Source: Macrostomum hystrix (lineage: Eukaryota > Animalia > Platyhelminthes). Taken from it: a stretch of 64,000 nt of DNA. Made by a program: the position numbers and the translations under genes. This document shows, one piece after another, positions 46,390 through 59,352 of the stretch (position 1 is its first letter; each line of letters starts with the position of its first letter). Location of the stretch: assembly GCA_950097015.1 (NCBI GenBank), contig CATNEN010000020.1, positions 1 through 64,000 on the forward strand, in the 5' to 3' direction. Under the pieces are notes generated by a model. It had not been told where the DNA came from. It ran no database searches and saw only the letters and a list, made by a program, of their open reading frames with translations.

Positions 46390-49300
46390 ATGCTGACTGT
46401 TGCTAGGCAACATGCTAATCAAGCTGTATTCAAATTGCTGGCTGTTGGCAGTGCTAAGCGGCTGTGCCACTGCACCCTTAAGCCAGGCACTCGCCCAGTC
46501 AAGAATGTGTGTCGCATTGGCTGCTCGTCTGGCTTCTGGGGCGACACTTCTGTGTCCAGTGAGTGTGATTTGAACTTTCTTTTCTGCTAGCAGTATTGGA
46601 TAAATGTTTAAGCTGCCTCCCTGAGCATACTAATGCTGATCATGATTCTAGCTCAACAGCTGGTCAAGCATGGCAACATTGACTACCTGGTGTCTGACTA
46701 CCTGTCCGAGATCACAATGTCCCTGCTTGCTGGCGCAAAAATGAAGAGTCCAGTAAGAATTATCAACCATTTTTTCCTATTAAACAAATTCAACTTTCAT
46801 TCGCATAATTTGTACTTATCAGTAGACATGTGCAAACATCAAATATGTTCATTTTTTAATCACGTCTTATAGAAACTGGGCTTTGCACCAGACTTCATCA
46901 ACTACAGTGTTGGACCCATGCTTAAAGAGATCACAAAGCAAGGTTAGTATTTTATTTTCTGCTATAATTAGAAATTCCATTAGTTAAATGATGTGCATAT
47001 TTTTTAACTTTCCGGCAGGCATTCGGGTGGTGACAAACGCGGGCGGCATTAATGCGGCATCTTGCGCCGAGTTTCTCATAGCCTACGCCAAAAATGTCGG
47101 CCTGGATTTGTCTGGCTCCGTAGCCGTGGTTACCGGCGATGACGCCAAAACTTTACTGCCAAGTGCTTCATCAAATATGATCAACGCGAACGCTTATCTT
47201 GGGTAATACTTTAAACTTGAGGCTGGATTCTTTAGTTTTAACAATGTCTAGGATCTTAACTCAGGAAGCGCGAGTTTTGGCATTTTAAGTTTAGACGGAG
47301 AAGTTTAGGAACTGACATCAGCATGTGGAGTTTTGGGATCTGACTTTTGATATCCGGGATTGAGAAGGGCTGTTTTGGTATCGGAGATCGACATGGGATC
47401 TGAGTTTGCGATGCGGTGTTTTGGGATCTGAGATAGGGATTGGGTGTTTTGAGATCTGAGATAGGGATGGGGTGTTTTGGGATCTGAGATAGGGATGGGG
47501 TGTTTTGAGATCTGAGATAGGGATGGGGTGTTTTGGGATCTGAGATAGGGATGGGGTGTTTTGGGATCTGAGATAGGGATGGGGTGTTTTGAGATCTGAG
47601 ATAGGGATGGGGTGTTTTGGTATCTGAGATAGGGATTGGGTGTTTTGGTATCTGAGATAGGGATTGGGTGTTTTGGTATCTGAGATAGGGATGGGGTGTT
47701 TTGGTATCTGAGATAGGGATGGGGTGTTTTGGGATCTGAGATAGGGATGGGGTGTTTTGGTATCTGAGATAGGGATTGGGTGTTTTGGTATCTGAGATAG
47801 GGATTGGGTGTTTTGGGATCTGAGATGGGGATTGGGGTGTTTTGGTATCTGAGATAGGGATGGGGTGTTTTGGTATCTGAGATAGGGATTGGGTGTTTTG
47901 AGATCTGAGATAGGGATGGGGTGTTTTGGTATCTGAGATAGGGATTGGGTGTTTTGGTATCTGAGATAGGGATGGGGTGTTTTAGGATCTGAGATAGGGA
48001 TTGTGTGTTTTGAGATCTGAGATAGGGATGGGGTGTTTTGAGAACTGAGATAGGGATAGGGTGTTTTGAGATCTGAGATAGGGATCGGGTGTTTTGAGAT
48101 CTGAGATAGGGATGGGGTCGTTTAGTTATCTGAGATAGGGATGGGGTCGTTTGGGATCTGAGATAGGGATGGGGTCGTTTAGTTATCTGAGATAGGGATG
48201 GGGTCGTTTGGGATCTGAGATAGGGATGGGGTCGTTTAGTTATCTGAGATAGGGATGGGGTCGTTTGGGATCTGAGATAGGGATGGGGTCGTTTAGTTAT
48301 CTAAGATAGGGATGGGGTCGTTTAGTTATCTGAGATAGGGATGGGGTGTTTCGGGATCTGAGATAGGGATGGGGTGTATTGGGATCTGAGATAGGGATGG
48401 GGTGTTTTGGGATCTGAGATAGGGATGGGGTGTTTCGGGATCTGAGATAGGGATGGGGTTGTAGGATTAGTTGTAGGATAGAGTTGAGTTGTAGAAAATT
48501 GTAACTGTGCTCGTAGTCTGAACAAAAACACGGGGAAATTGCGGTCGCTTTGACAATGGCCAGCGCAAAGTGATAATTGCAATCACACCTTCGTTTCAGA
48601 GCTCAGCCTATTGCTCAGGCTTTGGATGCTGGCGCCCAGTTTGTCATCACGGGCCGCTGTGTCGACAGCGCCCTGGTCCTGGGTCCATTGATTCACGAGG
48701 TGAGACAACAGCGGCGCATTGTGACTTTGTACTTGAAGCTGCGTTAACCCACTTTATGATCTTGCAGGATTGAGTCCTGGTCTCAGTAAAGAATCTCATG
48801 CAGGATTGAGTCCTGGTCTCAGTAAAGAATCTCATGAAGGATTGAGTCCTGGTCTCAGTAAAGAATCTCATGCAGGATTGAGTCCTGGTCTCAGTAAATA
48901 ATCTCATGCAGGATTGAGTCCTGGTCTCAGTAAATAATCTCATGCAGGATTGAGTCCTGGTCTCACTAAAGAATCTCATGCAGGATTGAGTCCTGGTCTC
49001 AGTAAAGAATCTCATGCAGGATTGAGTCCTGGTCTCAGTAAATAATCTCATGCAGGATTGAGTCCTGGTCTCAGTAAAGAATCTCATGCAGGATTGAGTC
49101 CTGGTCTCAGTAAAGAATCTCATGCAGGATTGAGTCCTGGTCTCACTAAATAATCTCATGCAGGATTGAGTCCTGGTCTCAGTAAAGAATCTCATGCAGG
49201 ATTGAGTCCTGGTCTCAGTAAAGAATCTCATGCAGGATTGAGTCCTGGTCTCAGTAAAGAATCTCATGCAGGATTGAGTCCTGGTCTCAGTAAAGAATCT

Positions 49301-52300
49301 CATGCAGGATTGAGTCCTGGTCTCAGTAAAGAATCTCACGCAGGATTGAGTTCTGGTCTCAGTAAAGAATCTCATGCAGGATTGAGTCCTGGTCTCACTA
49401 AATAATCTCATGCAGGATTGAGTTCTGGTCTCAGTAAAGAATCTCACGCAGGATTGAGTCCTGGTCTCACTAAATAATCTCATGCAGGATTGAGTCCTGG
49501 TCTCAGTAAAGAATCTCATGCAGGATTGAGTCCTGGTCTCACTAAAGAATCTCATGCAGGATTGAGTCCTGGTCTCTGTAAAGAATCTCATGCAGGATTG
49601 AGTTCTGGTCTCAGTAAAGAATCTCATGAAGGATTGAGTCCTGGTCTCAGTAAATAATCTCATGCAGGATTGAGTCCTGGTCTCAGTAAAGAATCTCATG
49701 CAGGATTGAGTCCTGGTCTCAGTAAAGAATCTCATGCAGGATTGAGTCCTGGTCTCAGTAAAGAATCTCATGCAGGATTGAGTCCTGGTCTCAGTAAATA
49801 ATCTCATGCAGGATTGAGTCCTGGTCTCACTAAAGAATCTCATGCAGGATTGAGTCCTGGTATCAGTAAAGAATCTCATGCAGGATTGAGTCCTGGTCTC
49901 AGTAAAGAATCTCATGCAGGATTGAGTCCTGGTCTCACTAAATAATCTCATGCAGGATTGAGTTCTGGTCTCAGTAAATAATCTCATGCAGGATTGAGTC
50001 CTGGTCTCAGTAAAGAATCTCATGCAGGATTGAGTCCTGGTCTCAGTAAAGAATCTCATGCAGGATTGAGTCCTGGTATCAGTAAATAATCTCATGCAGG
50101 ATTGAGTTCTGGTCTCAGTAAATAATCTCATGCAGGATTGAGTCCTGGTCTCAGTAAATAATCTCATGCAGGATTGAGTCCTGGTATCACTAAATAATCT
50201 CATGCAGGATTGAGTCCTGGTCTCAGTAAAGAATCTCATGCAGGATTGAGTCCTGGTCTCAGTAAAGAATCTCATGCAGGATTGAGTCCTGGTCTCAGTA
50301 AAGAATCTCATGCAGGATTGAGTCCTGGTCTCACTAAAGAATCTCATGCAGGATTGAGTCCTGGTCTCAGTAAAGAATCTCATGCAGGATTGAGTCCTGG
50401 TCTCAGTAAATAATCTCATGCAGGATTGAGTCCTGGTCTCAGTAAAGAATCTCATGCAGGATTGAGTCCTGGTCTCAGTAAAGAATCTCATGCAGGATTG
50501 AGTCCTGGTATCACTAAATAATCTCATGCAGGATTGAGTCCTGGTATCAGTAAAGAATCTCATGCAGGATTGAGTCCTGGTCTCAGTAAAGAATCTCATG
50601 CAGGATTGAGTTCTGGTCTCAGTAAAGAATCTCATGCAGGATTGAGTCCTGGTATCAGTAAAGAATCTCATGCAGGATTGAGTCCTGGTCTCACTAAAGA
50701 ATCTCATGCAGGATTGAGTCCTGGTCTCAGTAAAGAATCTCATGCAGGATTGAGTCCTGGTCTCAGTAAAGAATCTCATGCAGGATTGAGTCCTGGTCTC
50801 AGTAAAGAATCTCATGCAGGATTGAGTCCTGGTCTCAGTAAAGAATCTCATGCAGGATTGAGTCCTGGTATCAGTAAAGAATCTCATGCAGGATTGAGTC
50901 CTGGTCTCAGTAAAGAATCTCATGCAGGATTGAGTCCTGGTCTCAGTAAAGAATCTCATGCAGGATTGAGTCCTGGTCTCAGTAAATAATCTCATGCAGG
51001 ATTGAGTCCTGGTCTCAGTAAATAATCTCATGCAGGATTGAGTCCTGGTCTCAGTAAAGAATCTCATGCAGGATTGAGTCCTGGTCTCACTAAATAATCT
51101 CATGCAGGATTGAGTCCTGGTCTCAGTAAAGAATCTCATGCAGGATTGAGTCCTGGTCTCACTAAAGAATCTCATGCAGGATTGAGTCCTGGTCTCACTA
51201 AAGAATCTCATGCAGGATTGAGTCCTGGTCTCACTAAAGAATGTCATGCAGGATTGAGTCCTGGTCTCAGTAAATAATCTCACGCAGGATTGAGTCCTGG
51301 TCTCAGTAAAGAATCTCACGCAGGATTGAGTCCTGGTCTCAGTAAAGAATCTCATGCAGGATTGAGTCCTGGTCTCAGTAAAGAATCTCATGCAGGATTG
51401 AGTCCTGGTCTCAGTAAAGAATCTCATGCAGGATTGAGTCCTGGTCTCAGTAAAGAATCTCATGCAGGATTGAGTCCTGGTCTCAGTAAAGAATCTCATG
51501 CAGGATTGAGTCCTGGTCTCAGTAAAGAATCTCATGCAGGATTGAGTCCTGGTCTCAGTAAAGAATCTCATGCAGGATTGAGTTCTGGTCTCAGTAAAGA
51601 ATCTCATGCAGGATTGAGTCCTGGTCTCAGTAAAGAATCTCATGCAGGATTGAGTCCTGGTCTCAGTAAAGAATCTCATGCAGGATTGAGTCCTGGTCTC
51701 AGTAAAGAATCTCATGCAGGATTGAGTCCTGGTCTCAGTAAAGAATCTCATGCAGGATTTAGTCCTGGTCTCACTAAAGAATCTCATGCAGGATTGAGTC
51801 CTGGTCTCAGTAAAGAATCTCATGCAGGATTGAGTCCCTGGTCTCAGTAAAGAATCTCATGCAGGATTGAGTCCTGGTCTCAGTAAAGAATCTCATGCAG
51901 GATTGAGTCCTGGTCTCACTAAAGAATCTCATGCAGGATTGAGTCCTGGTCTCAGTAAAGAATCTCATGCAGGATTGAGTCCTGGTCTCAGTAAAGAATC
52001 TCATGCAGGATTGAGTCCTGGTCTCAGTAAAGAATCTCATGCAGGATTGAGTCCTGGTCTCAGTAAAGAATCTCATGCAGGATTGAGTCCTGGTCTCAGT
52101 AAAGAATCTCATGCAGGATTGAGTCCTGGTCTCACTAAAGAATCTCATGCAGGATTGAGTCCTGGTCTCAGTAAAGAATCTCATGCAGGATTGAGTCCTG
52201 GTCTCAGTAAAGAATCTCATGCAGGATTGAGTCCTGGTCTCAGTAAAGAATCTCATCGCAGGATTGAGTCCTGGTCTCAGTAAAGAATCTCATGCAGGAT

Positions 52301-55300
52301 TGAGTCCTGGTCTCAGTAAAGAATCTCATGCAGGATTGAGTCCTGGTCTCAGTAAAGAATCTCATGCAGGATTGAGTCCTGGTCTCAGTAAAGAATCTCA
52401 TGCAGGATTGAGTCCTGGTCTCAGTAAAGAATCTCATGCAGGATTGAGTCCTGGTCTCAGTAAAGAATCTCACTGCAGGATTGAGTCCTGGTCTCAGTAA
52501 ATAATCTCATGCAGGATTGAGTCCTGGTCTCAGTAAAGAATCTCATGCAGGATTGAGTCCTGGTCTCAGTAAAGAATCTCATGCAGGATTGAGTCCTGGT
52601 CTCAGTAAAGAATCTCATGCAGGATTGAGTCCTGGTCTCAGTAAAGAATCTCATGCAGGATTGAGTCCTGGTCTCAGTAAAGAATCTCATGCAGGATTGA
52701 GTCCTGGTCTCACTAAAGAATCTCATGCAGGATTGAGTCCTGGTCTCAGTAAAGAATCTCATGCAGGATTGAGTCCCTGGTCTCAGTAAAGAATCTCATG
52801 CAGGATTGAGTCCTGGTCTCAGTAAAGAATCTCATGCAGGATTGAGTCCTGGTCTCACTAAAGAATCTCATGCAGGATTGAGTCCTGGTCTCAGTAAAGA
52901 ATCTCATGCAGGATTGAGTCCTGGTCTCAGTAAAGAATCTCATGCAGGATTGAGTCCCTGGTCTCAGTAAAGAATCTCATGCAGGATTGAGTCCCGGTCT
53001 CAGTAAAGAATCTCATGCAGGATTGAGTCCTGGTCTCAGTAAAGAATCTCATGCAGGATTGAGTCCTGGTCTCACTAAAGAATCTCATGCAGGATTGAGT
53101 CCTGGTCTCAGTAAAGAATCTCATGCAGGATTGAGTCCTGGTCTCAGTAAAGAATCTCATGCAGGATTGAGTCCTGGTCTCAGTAAAGAATCTCACGCAG
53201 GATTGAGTCCTGGTCTCAGTAAAGAATCTCATGCAGGATTGAGTCCTGGTCTCAGTAAAGAATCTTATGCAGGATTGAGTCCTGGTCTCAGTAAAGAATC
53301 TCATGCAGGATTGAGTCCTGGTCTCAGTAAAGAATCTCATGCAGGATTGAGTCCTGGTCTCAGTAAAGAATCTCATGCAGGATTGAGTCCTGGTCTCAGT
53401 AAAGAATCTCACGCAGGATTGAGTCCTGGTCTCAGTAAATAATCTCACGCAGGATTTAGTCCTGGTCTCACTAAAGAATGTCATGCAGGATTGAGTCCTG
53501 GTCTCAGTAAAGAATCTCATGCAGGATTGAGTTCTGGTCTCAGTAAAGAATCTCATGCAGGATTGAGTCCTGGTCTCAGTAAAGAATCTCATGCAGGATT
53601 GAGTCCTGGTCTCAGTAAAGAATCTCATGCAGGATTGAGTCCTGGTCTCAGTAAAGAATCTCATGCAGGATTGAGTCCTGGTCTCAGTAAAGAATCTCAT
53701 GCAGGATTGAGTCCTGGTCTCAGTAAAGAATCTCATGCAGGATTGAGTCCTGGTCTCAGTAAAGAATCTCATGCAGGATTGAGTCCTGGTCTCAGTAAAG
53801 AATCTCATGCAGGATTGAGTCCTGGTCTCAGTAAAGAATCTCATGCAGGATTGAGTCCTGGTCTCAGTAAAGAATCTCATGCAGGATTGAGTCCTGGTCT
53901 CAGTAAAGAATCTCATGCAGGATTGAGTCCTGGTCTCAGTAAAGAATCTCATGCAGGATTGAGTCCTGGTCTCAGTAAAGAATCTCATGCAGGATTGAGT
54001 CCTGGTCTCAGTAAAGAATCTCATGCAGGATTGAGTCCTGGTCTCAGTAAAGAATCTCATGCAGGATTGAGTCCTGGTCTCAGTAAAGAATCTCATGCAG
54101 GATTGAGTCCTGGTCTCAGTAAAGAATCTCATGCAGGATTGAGTCCTGGTCTCAGTAAAGAATCTCATGCAGGATTGAGTCCTGGTCTCAGTAAAGAATC
54201 TCATGCAGGATTGAGTCCTGGTCTCAGTAAAGAATCTCATGCAGGATTGAGTCCTGGTCTCAGTAAAGAATCTCATGCAGGATTGAGTCCTGGTCTCAGT
54301 AAAGAATCTCATGCAGGATTGAGTCCTGGTCTCAGTAAAGAATCTCATGCAGGATTGAGTCCTGGTCTCAGTAAAGAATCTCATGCAGGATTGAGTCCTG
54401 GTCTCAGTAAAGAATCTCATGCAGGATTGAGTCCTGGTCTCAGTAAAGAATCTCATGCAGGATTGAGTCCTGGTCTCAGTAAAGAATCTCATGCAGGATT
54501 GAGTCCTGGTCTCAGTAAAGAATCTCATGCAGGATTGAGTCCTGGTCTCAGTAAAGAATCTCATGCAGGATTGAGTCCTGGTCTCAGTAAAGAATCTCAT
54601 GCAGGATTGAGTCCTGGTCTCAGTAAAGAATCTCATGCAGGATTGAGTCCTGGTCTCAGTAAAGAATCTCATGCAGGATTGAGTCCTGGTCTCAGTAAAG
54701 AATCTCATGCAGGATTGAGTCCTGGTCTCAGTAATCCATGCAGATTGAGTCCTGTCTCAGTAAAGAATCCAGGATTGAGTCCTGGTCTCAGTAAATAATC
54801 TCATGCAGGATTGAGTCCTGGTCTCAGTAAAGAATCTCATGCAGGATTGAGTCCTGGTCTCAGTAAAGAATCTCATGCAGGATTGAGTCCTGGTCTCAGT
54901 AAAGAATCTCATGCAGGATTGAGTCCTGGTCTCAGTAAAGAATCTCATGCAGGATTGAGTCCTGGTCTCAGTAAAGAATCTCATGCAGGATTGAGTCCTG
55001 GTCTCAGTAAAGAATCTCATGCAGGATTGAGTCCTGGTCTCAGTAAAGAATCTCATGCAGGATTGAGTCCTGGTCTCAGTAAAGAATCTCATGCAGATTG
55101 AGTCCTGGTCTCAGTAAATAATCTCATGCAGGATTGAGTCCTGGTCTCACTAAAGAATCTCATGCAGGATTGAGTCCTGTCTCAGTAAAGAATCTCATGC
55201 AGGATTGAGGTCCATGGTCTCAGTAAATAATCTCATGCAGGATGAGTCCTGGTCTCACTTAAAGAATCTCATGCAGGATTGAGTCCTGGTCTCAGTAAAG

Positions 55301-58300
55301 AATCTCATGCAGGATTGAGTCCTGGTCTCAGTAAATAATCTCATGCAGGATTGAGGTCCTGGTCTCACTAAAGAATCTCATGCAGGATTGAGTCCTGGTC
55401 TCAGTAAAGAATCTCATGCAGGATTGAGTCCTGGTCTCAGTAAAGAATCTCATGCAGGATTGAGTCCTGGTCTCAGTAAAGAATCTCATGCAGGATTGAG
55501 TCCTGGTCTCAGTAAAGAATCTCATGCAGGATTTGATTCCCTGGTCTCAGTAAAGAATCTGCATGCAGGATTGAGTCCTAGGTCTCAGTAAAGAATCTCA
55601 TGCAGGATTGAGTCCTGGTCTCAGTAAAGAATCTCATGCAGGATTGAGTCCTGGTCTCAGTAAATAATCTCATGCAGGATTGAGTCCATGGTCTCCACTA
55701 AAGAATCTCATGCAGGATTGAGTCCTGGTCTCAGGTAAAGAATCTCATGCAGGATTGAGTCCTGGTCTCAGTAAATAATCTCATGCAGGATTGAGTCCTG
55801 GTCTCACTTAAAGAATCTCATGCAGGATGAGTCCTGGTCTCAAGTATAAAGAATCTCATGGCAGGATGAGTCCTGGTCTCAGTAAAGAATCTCATGGCAG
55901 GATTGAGTCCTGGTCTCAGTAAAGAATCTCATGCAGATTGAGTCCTGGTCTCAGTAAGAATTCTCATGCAGGATTGAGTCCTGGTCTCAGTAAAGAATCT
56001 CATGCAGGATTGAGTCCTGGTCTCAGTAAAGAATCTCATGCAGGATTGAGTCCTGGTCTCAGTAAAGAATCTCATGCAGGATTGAGTCCTGGTCTCAGTA
56101 AAGAATCTCATGCAGGATTGAGTCCTGGTCTCAGTAAAGAATCTCATGCAGGATTGAGTCCTGGTCTCACGGAAGATTCTCTCGGGGAGTTTATTCATAA
56201 GTATGTGAACAGTATCTTATGATATTGGGCATAACGCTGAAGAATGAAATCAGAGAGTTAAAATGGTCTCTTGTTAGCCTAAAGTAGTAAGAAGTGCCTC
56301 TGCACTTGTTCGCAAGTATTAATAATTGTATGTGTCAATCAATTTTAGCATTAAATTCCATAGCTAATTTAGTGAGAATTTAGCGAGATTGCTTCGAGTG
56401 CCACCTCTGTATTCATTAATCAGTTACCTACAGCTCTAGACTAATTACTTAATTTTCCTTTCCTTGTGTCTTGCCTAATCTAACTGTGCTTATTATTTTC
56501 TCGTCCCTTGCCCGGTTGCATTTTCTTGAATTTTGCTAGCTTGAACGGCTTGGATTTGAAATTTCAGTGTCTTTAATCCAAGCAGTTTTCCCGTTTTAAA
56601 GGTGTTGCCATTTGAATCCAGGTTTCAAAATTTCTCATTCGCATTGTTAATTTCCCGTCTGTGCATGTGGGGGGGGGAATCAAGCCAACCCAGTTCCTCT
56701 TATCGGATTAATATGTGTGATATCTGACACGAGTTCGTATTTGGGAAGGAAGAACCGTTGTAAGTCTATTTTGTTATTTTAGCATTTCAAATGATCAAAT
56801 CATCTCAAGGGTGAATAAGCAGGGCAATGCGTGTTGCTTTAAAGAAGGGGCAAGCATCACTGGCAGAACGAAGTGAAGATAGGGCGGGTTTGTACCATAG
56901 ACTAAACTTCAATGTGTGTCAATATGGTAAGGAGAATGTATGAAAACATTAAGACGTTGATTGTAGCCGTGTCTGATGTGTATGAGGCTTTGGTAAGCCT
57001 TGCTTAATCTCTGATCCTCTATTAATCTATCCCGACCATGCTGGCTGAGGCTCAGGCATGATAACGATTCGGTTTAACTCTCTGTCACTTTGTGGACTGT
57101 GAGCAAATTTATGCCCACTCATTTCAGCTGATCTCCCACCTCCAATCTCCCATGCTGGAGATTAGTCGCGAACATGGTTGTTGGACTGAAACGGATCCCA
57201 TTAAGGTGGTAGCTGGCTATTTATATCAGATAGCCAGTTCCGGTCTCATTGTGTACACTGAGTGACCGGGTGGACTGAGCAGCGACCGGAAATTCAAGCT
57301 GATCCCCTACCACTCAGCTTAAACAGAGAGAATGAGGAAGATGTCTCTACTTGTCCTAACTGCTCCCATGGTCCACTATCCTAAAAGCAATATCATTTGC
57401 TGATGCTTCCATAAAAAATAAATAACATTGACAGCCTCTTCACGCTGGAAACGCTTGCTTTAGGTTAGTCCATCGCACGAGCCTTAGCTCAACGCCATCT
57501 GCTAAAGTCTTGACTACTCAGACGATTATCCTGAGAAACTACGTTAAGCGAGACGCAAACAGAGTGTGAATCTCGCCCTTAGCTTTTCTCATCGTCTGGA
57601 AGTGTACAGTCTTGCCTTGGAGCTTTCGTTTACATTTAGCGCAGATGGCTTAAACTCCTGGTCATAATATCTCCGCTTAGACTTTTCAGATGTGCCTTTA
57701 AAAAATCTTGTAAAGGCTTTTTAATCCTTGAAATCAATTAAACTACTCCTACAGCACAGTGGATGTCTACATGCTGAATGTCTTTTGGATTCGTGAAGTC
57801 ACGAGACAGTTAAAAAAGTTGATGCAGCTAAAATGCAGATTTTCAATAAAAAACGTCACCTAACCAGTTCAGTAAGATTTGCAGCCAGTGGCACAGCCGC
57901 AGCTATTGCTCGGCACTTCTAAGGCCTGTTTACAGCTGTTGAGTCCGTAAATTAGGGAGGCCGCCACACCCACCTAGTTTCTTCTACCCCAACTGATGCT
58001 GGTAGCTATTTTACAGCTGGGTGAATTAAAGTACTAGGAAATGTAATTTCCCCAACAACACAACTTTCTTCATCTGGGCCGAGGGCTTCCAGGCGCGTGT
58101 TTAGCACGCGTGAGGTGAAGCTTAGCAAGCTCTGCCAGCTCTGCAAGATTAGCAGAGTTCTGCTTCCAGAATTAGCTGACTGCTACCTGAAAATTCTGCT
58201 GCGCCAGACTCCTGTACAGAGAAAGCTAGGATCCAATATACACGTACATACAGAATGCACACTGGGCACTAACATCAATTTGTGCGCACTGCGCGCTGCA

Positions 58301-59320
58301 CAAACTGGCTCAATTACGTCACTCAACCATAAATCTGATGAAAATTTATCCGCTACTGGTTTTCAGATGTTTAATTTTTGACTTAGGCAAGTGTATGTAG
58401 TTATTCAAATCTCATTATAGTCCCTTCTATATGCCCCCTATTTCATTGAACTTTTTGTTAGTTCCGCTGGTCACCGCACGACCTGGACCTGCTGGCCACC
58501 GGCAGCCTGGCTGGCCACATTATCGAATGCGGCGCCCAGTGCACTGGTGGCATCTTTACTGACTACGAAAGCGTGCCAGACTGGCACACCATCGGCTTCC
58601 CGGTTGCCGAGTGCCACAGAGATGGCCGGCTCTACATCACAAAACCGGCTGGCACTGGCGGCCTCGTCACCACGGAGACAGTCGGCGAGCAGATTGTGTA
58701 CGAAATCGGCGACCCGTCCGCCTACCTGCTGCCGGACTGCACGCTGGATCTGCGGCAAGTCCGGCTGGAACAAGCGGGCGAAAATCGCGTCGCTGTGCTG
58801 GGCGCGCGCGGTCGACCTCCGCCGAGCCAGTTGAAGGTCAGCGGCTGCGTGACCGACGGCTACAGGCTGACAGCCGTGTCTGTGGTGGCAGGCGGCCTGG
58901 CGGCTAAGAAGGCCCGACTAACTGCCGAGGCTGTGCTCAAGCGGTTTGTTGTAGCGACTGTTTATTGAAGGGGAACAGAAGGTTGTGAAGTATATGTTGC
59001 ATATTTTTAAAGAGACTTCAATAAATCGATAATAGTCAAAACAGACAGTTGGCGACGACGTTGTAGCCTAGTGGTTAGAGCGTCAGACTCACGACTTAAA
59101 GGTCTGATGTTCGATTCCCGACTCCATTGGAACAATTTGTATCCTTTAGCTAGATACTTAACTCTCCATTGCTTCATTTCACTCAGCTGTTAAATGAGTG
59201 CTAGCATTAGATGGGGAAAATTGAGGGTGTGTGTGGACTGAGAAGTCGTACGCAGCCTTCAGATGCGCCGTGCAATAGCTGCGACCCAATCGGGGCGGTG
59301 TAATTAAATATTATTATTAA

Positions 59321-59352
<32 letters not shown>

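Noticed and set aside
46399-46411. X-box GTTGCTAGGCAAC
   Set aside because: It lies within the coding presequence of the AtuA gene, so it is explicable by codon sequence and has no independent support.
48647-54798. Giant ORFs (1058, 593 and 435 aa) of [12 protein letters not shown] or [12 protein letters not shown] repeats
   Set aside because: These follow from a stop-free 36-bp unit inside an intron of the AtuA gene; they are open on both strands and broken at random by variants.
59051-59125. Functional tRNA gene
   Set aside because: The anticodon and acceptor stems do not pair convincingly and the sequence continues into a SINE body and tail.
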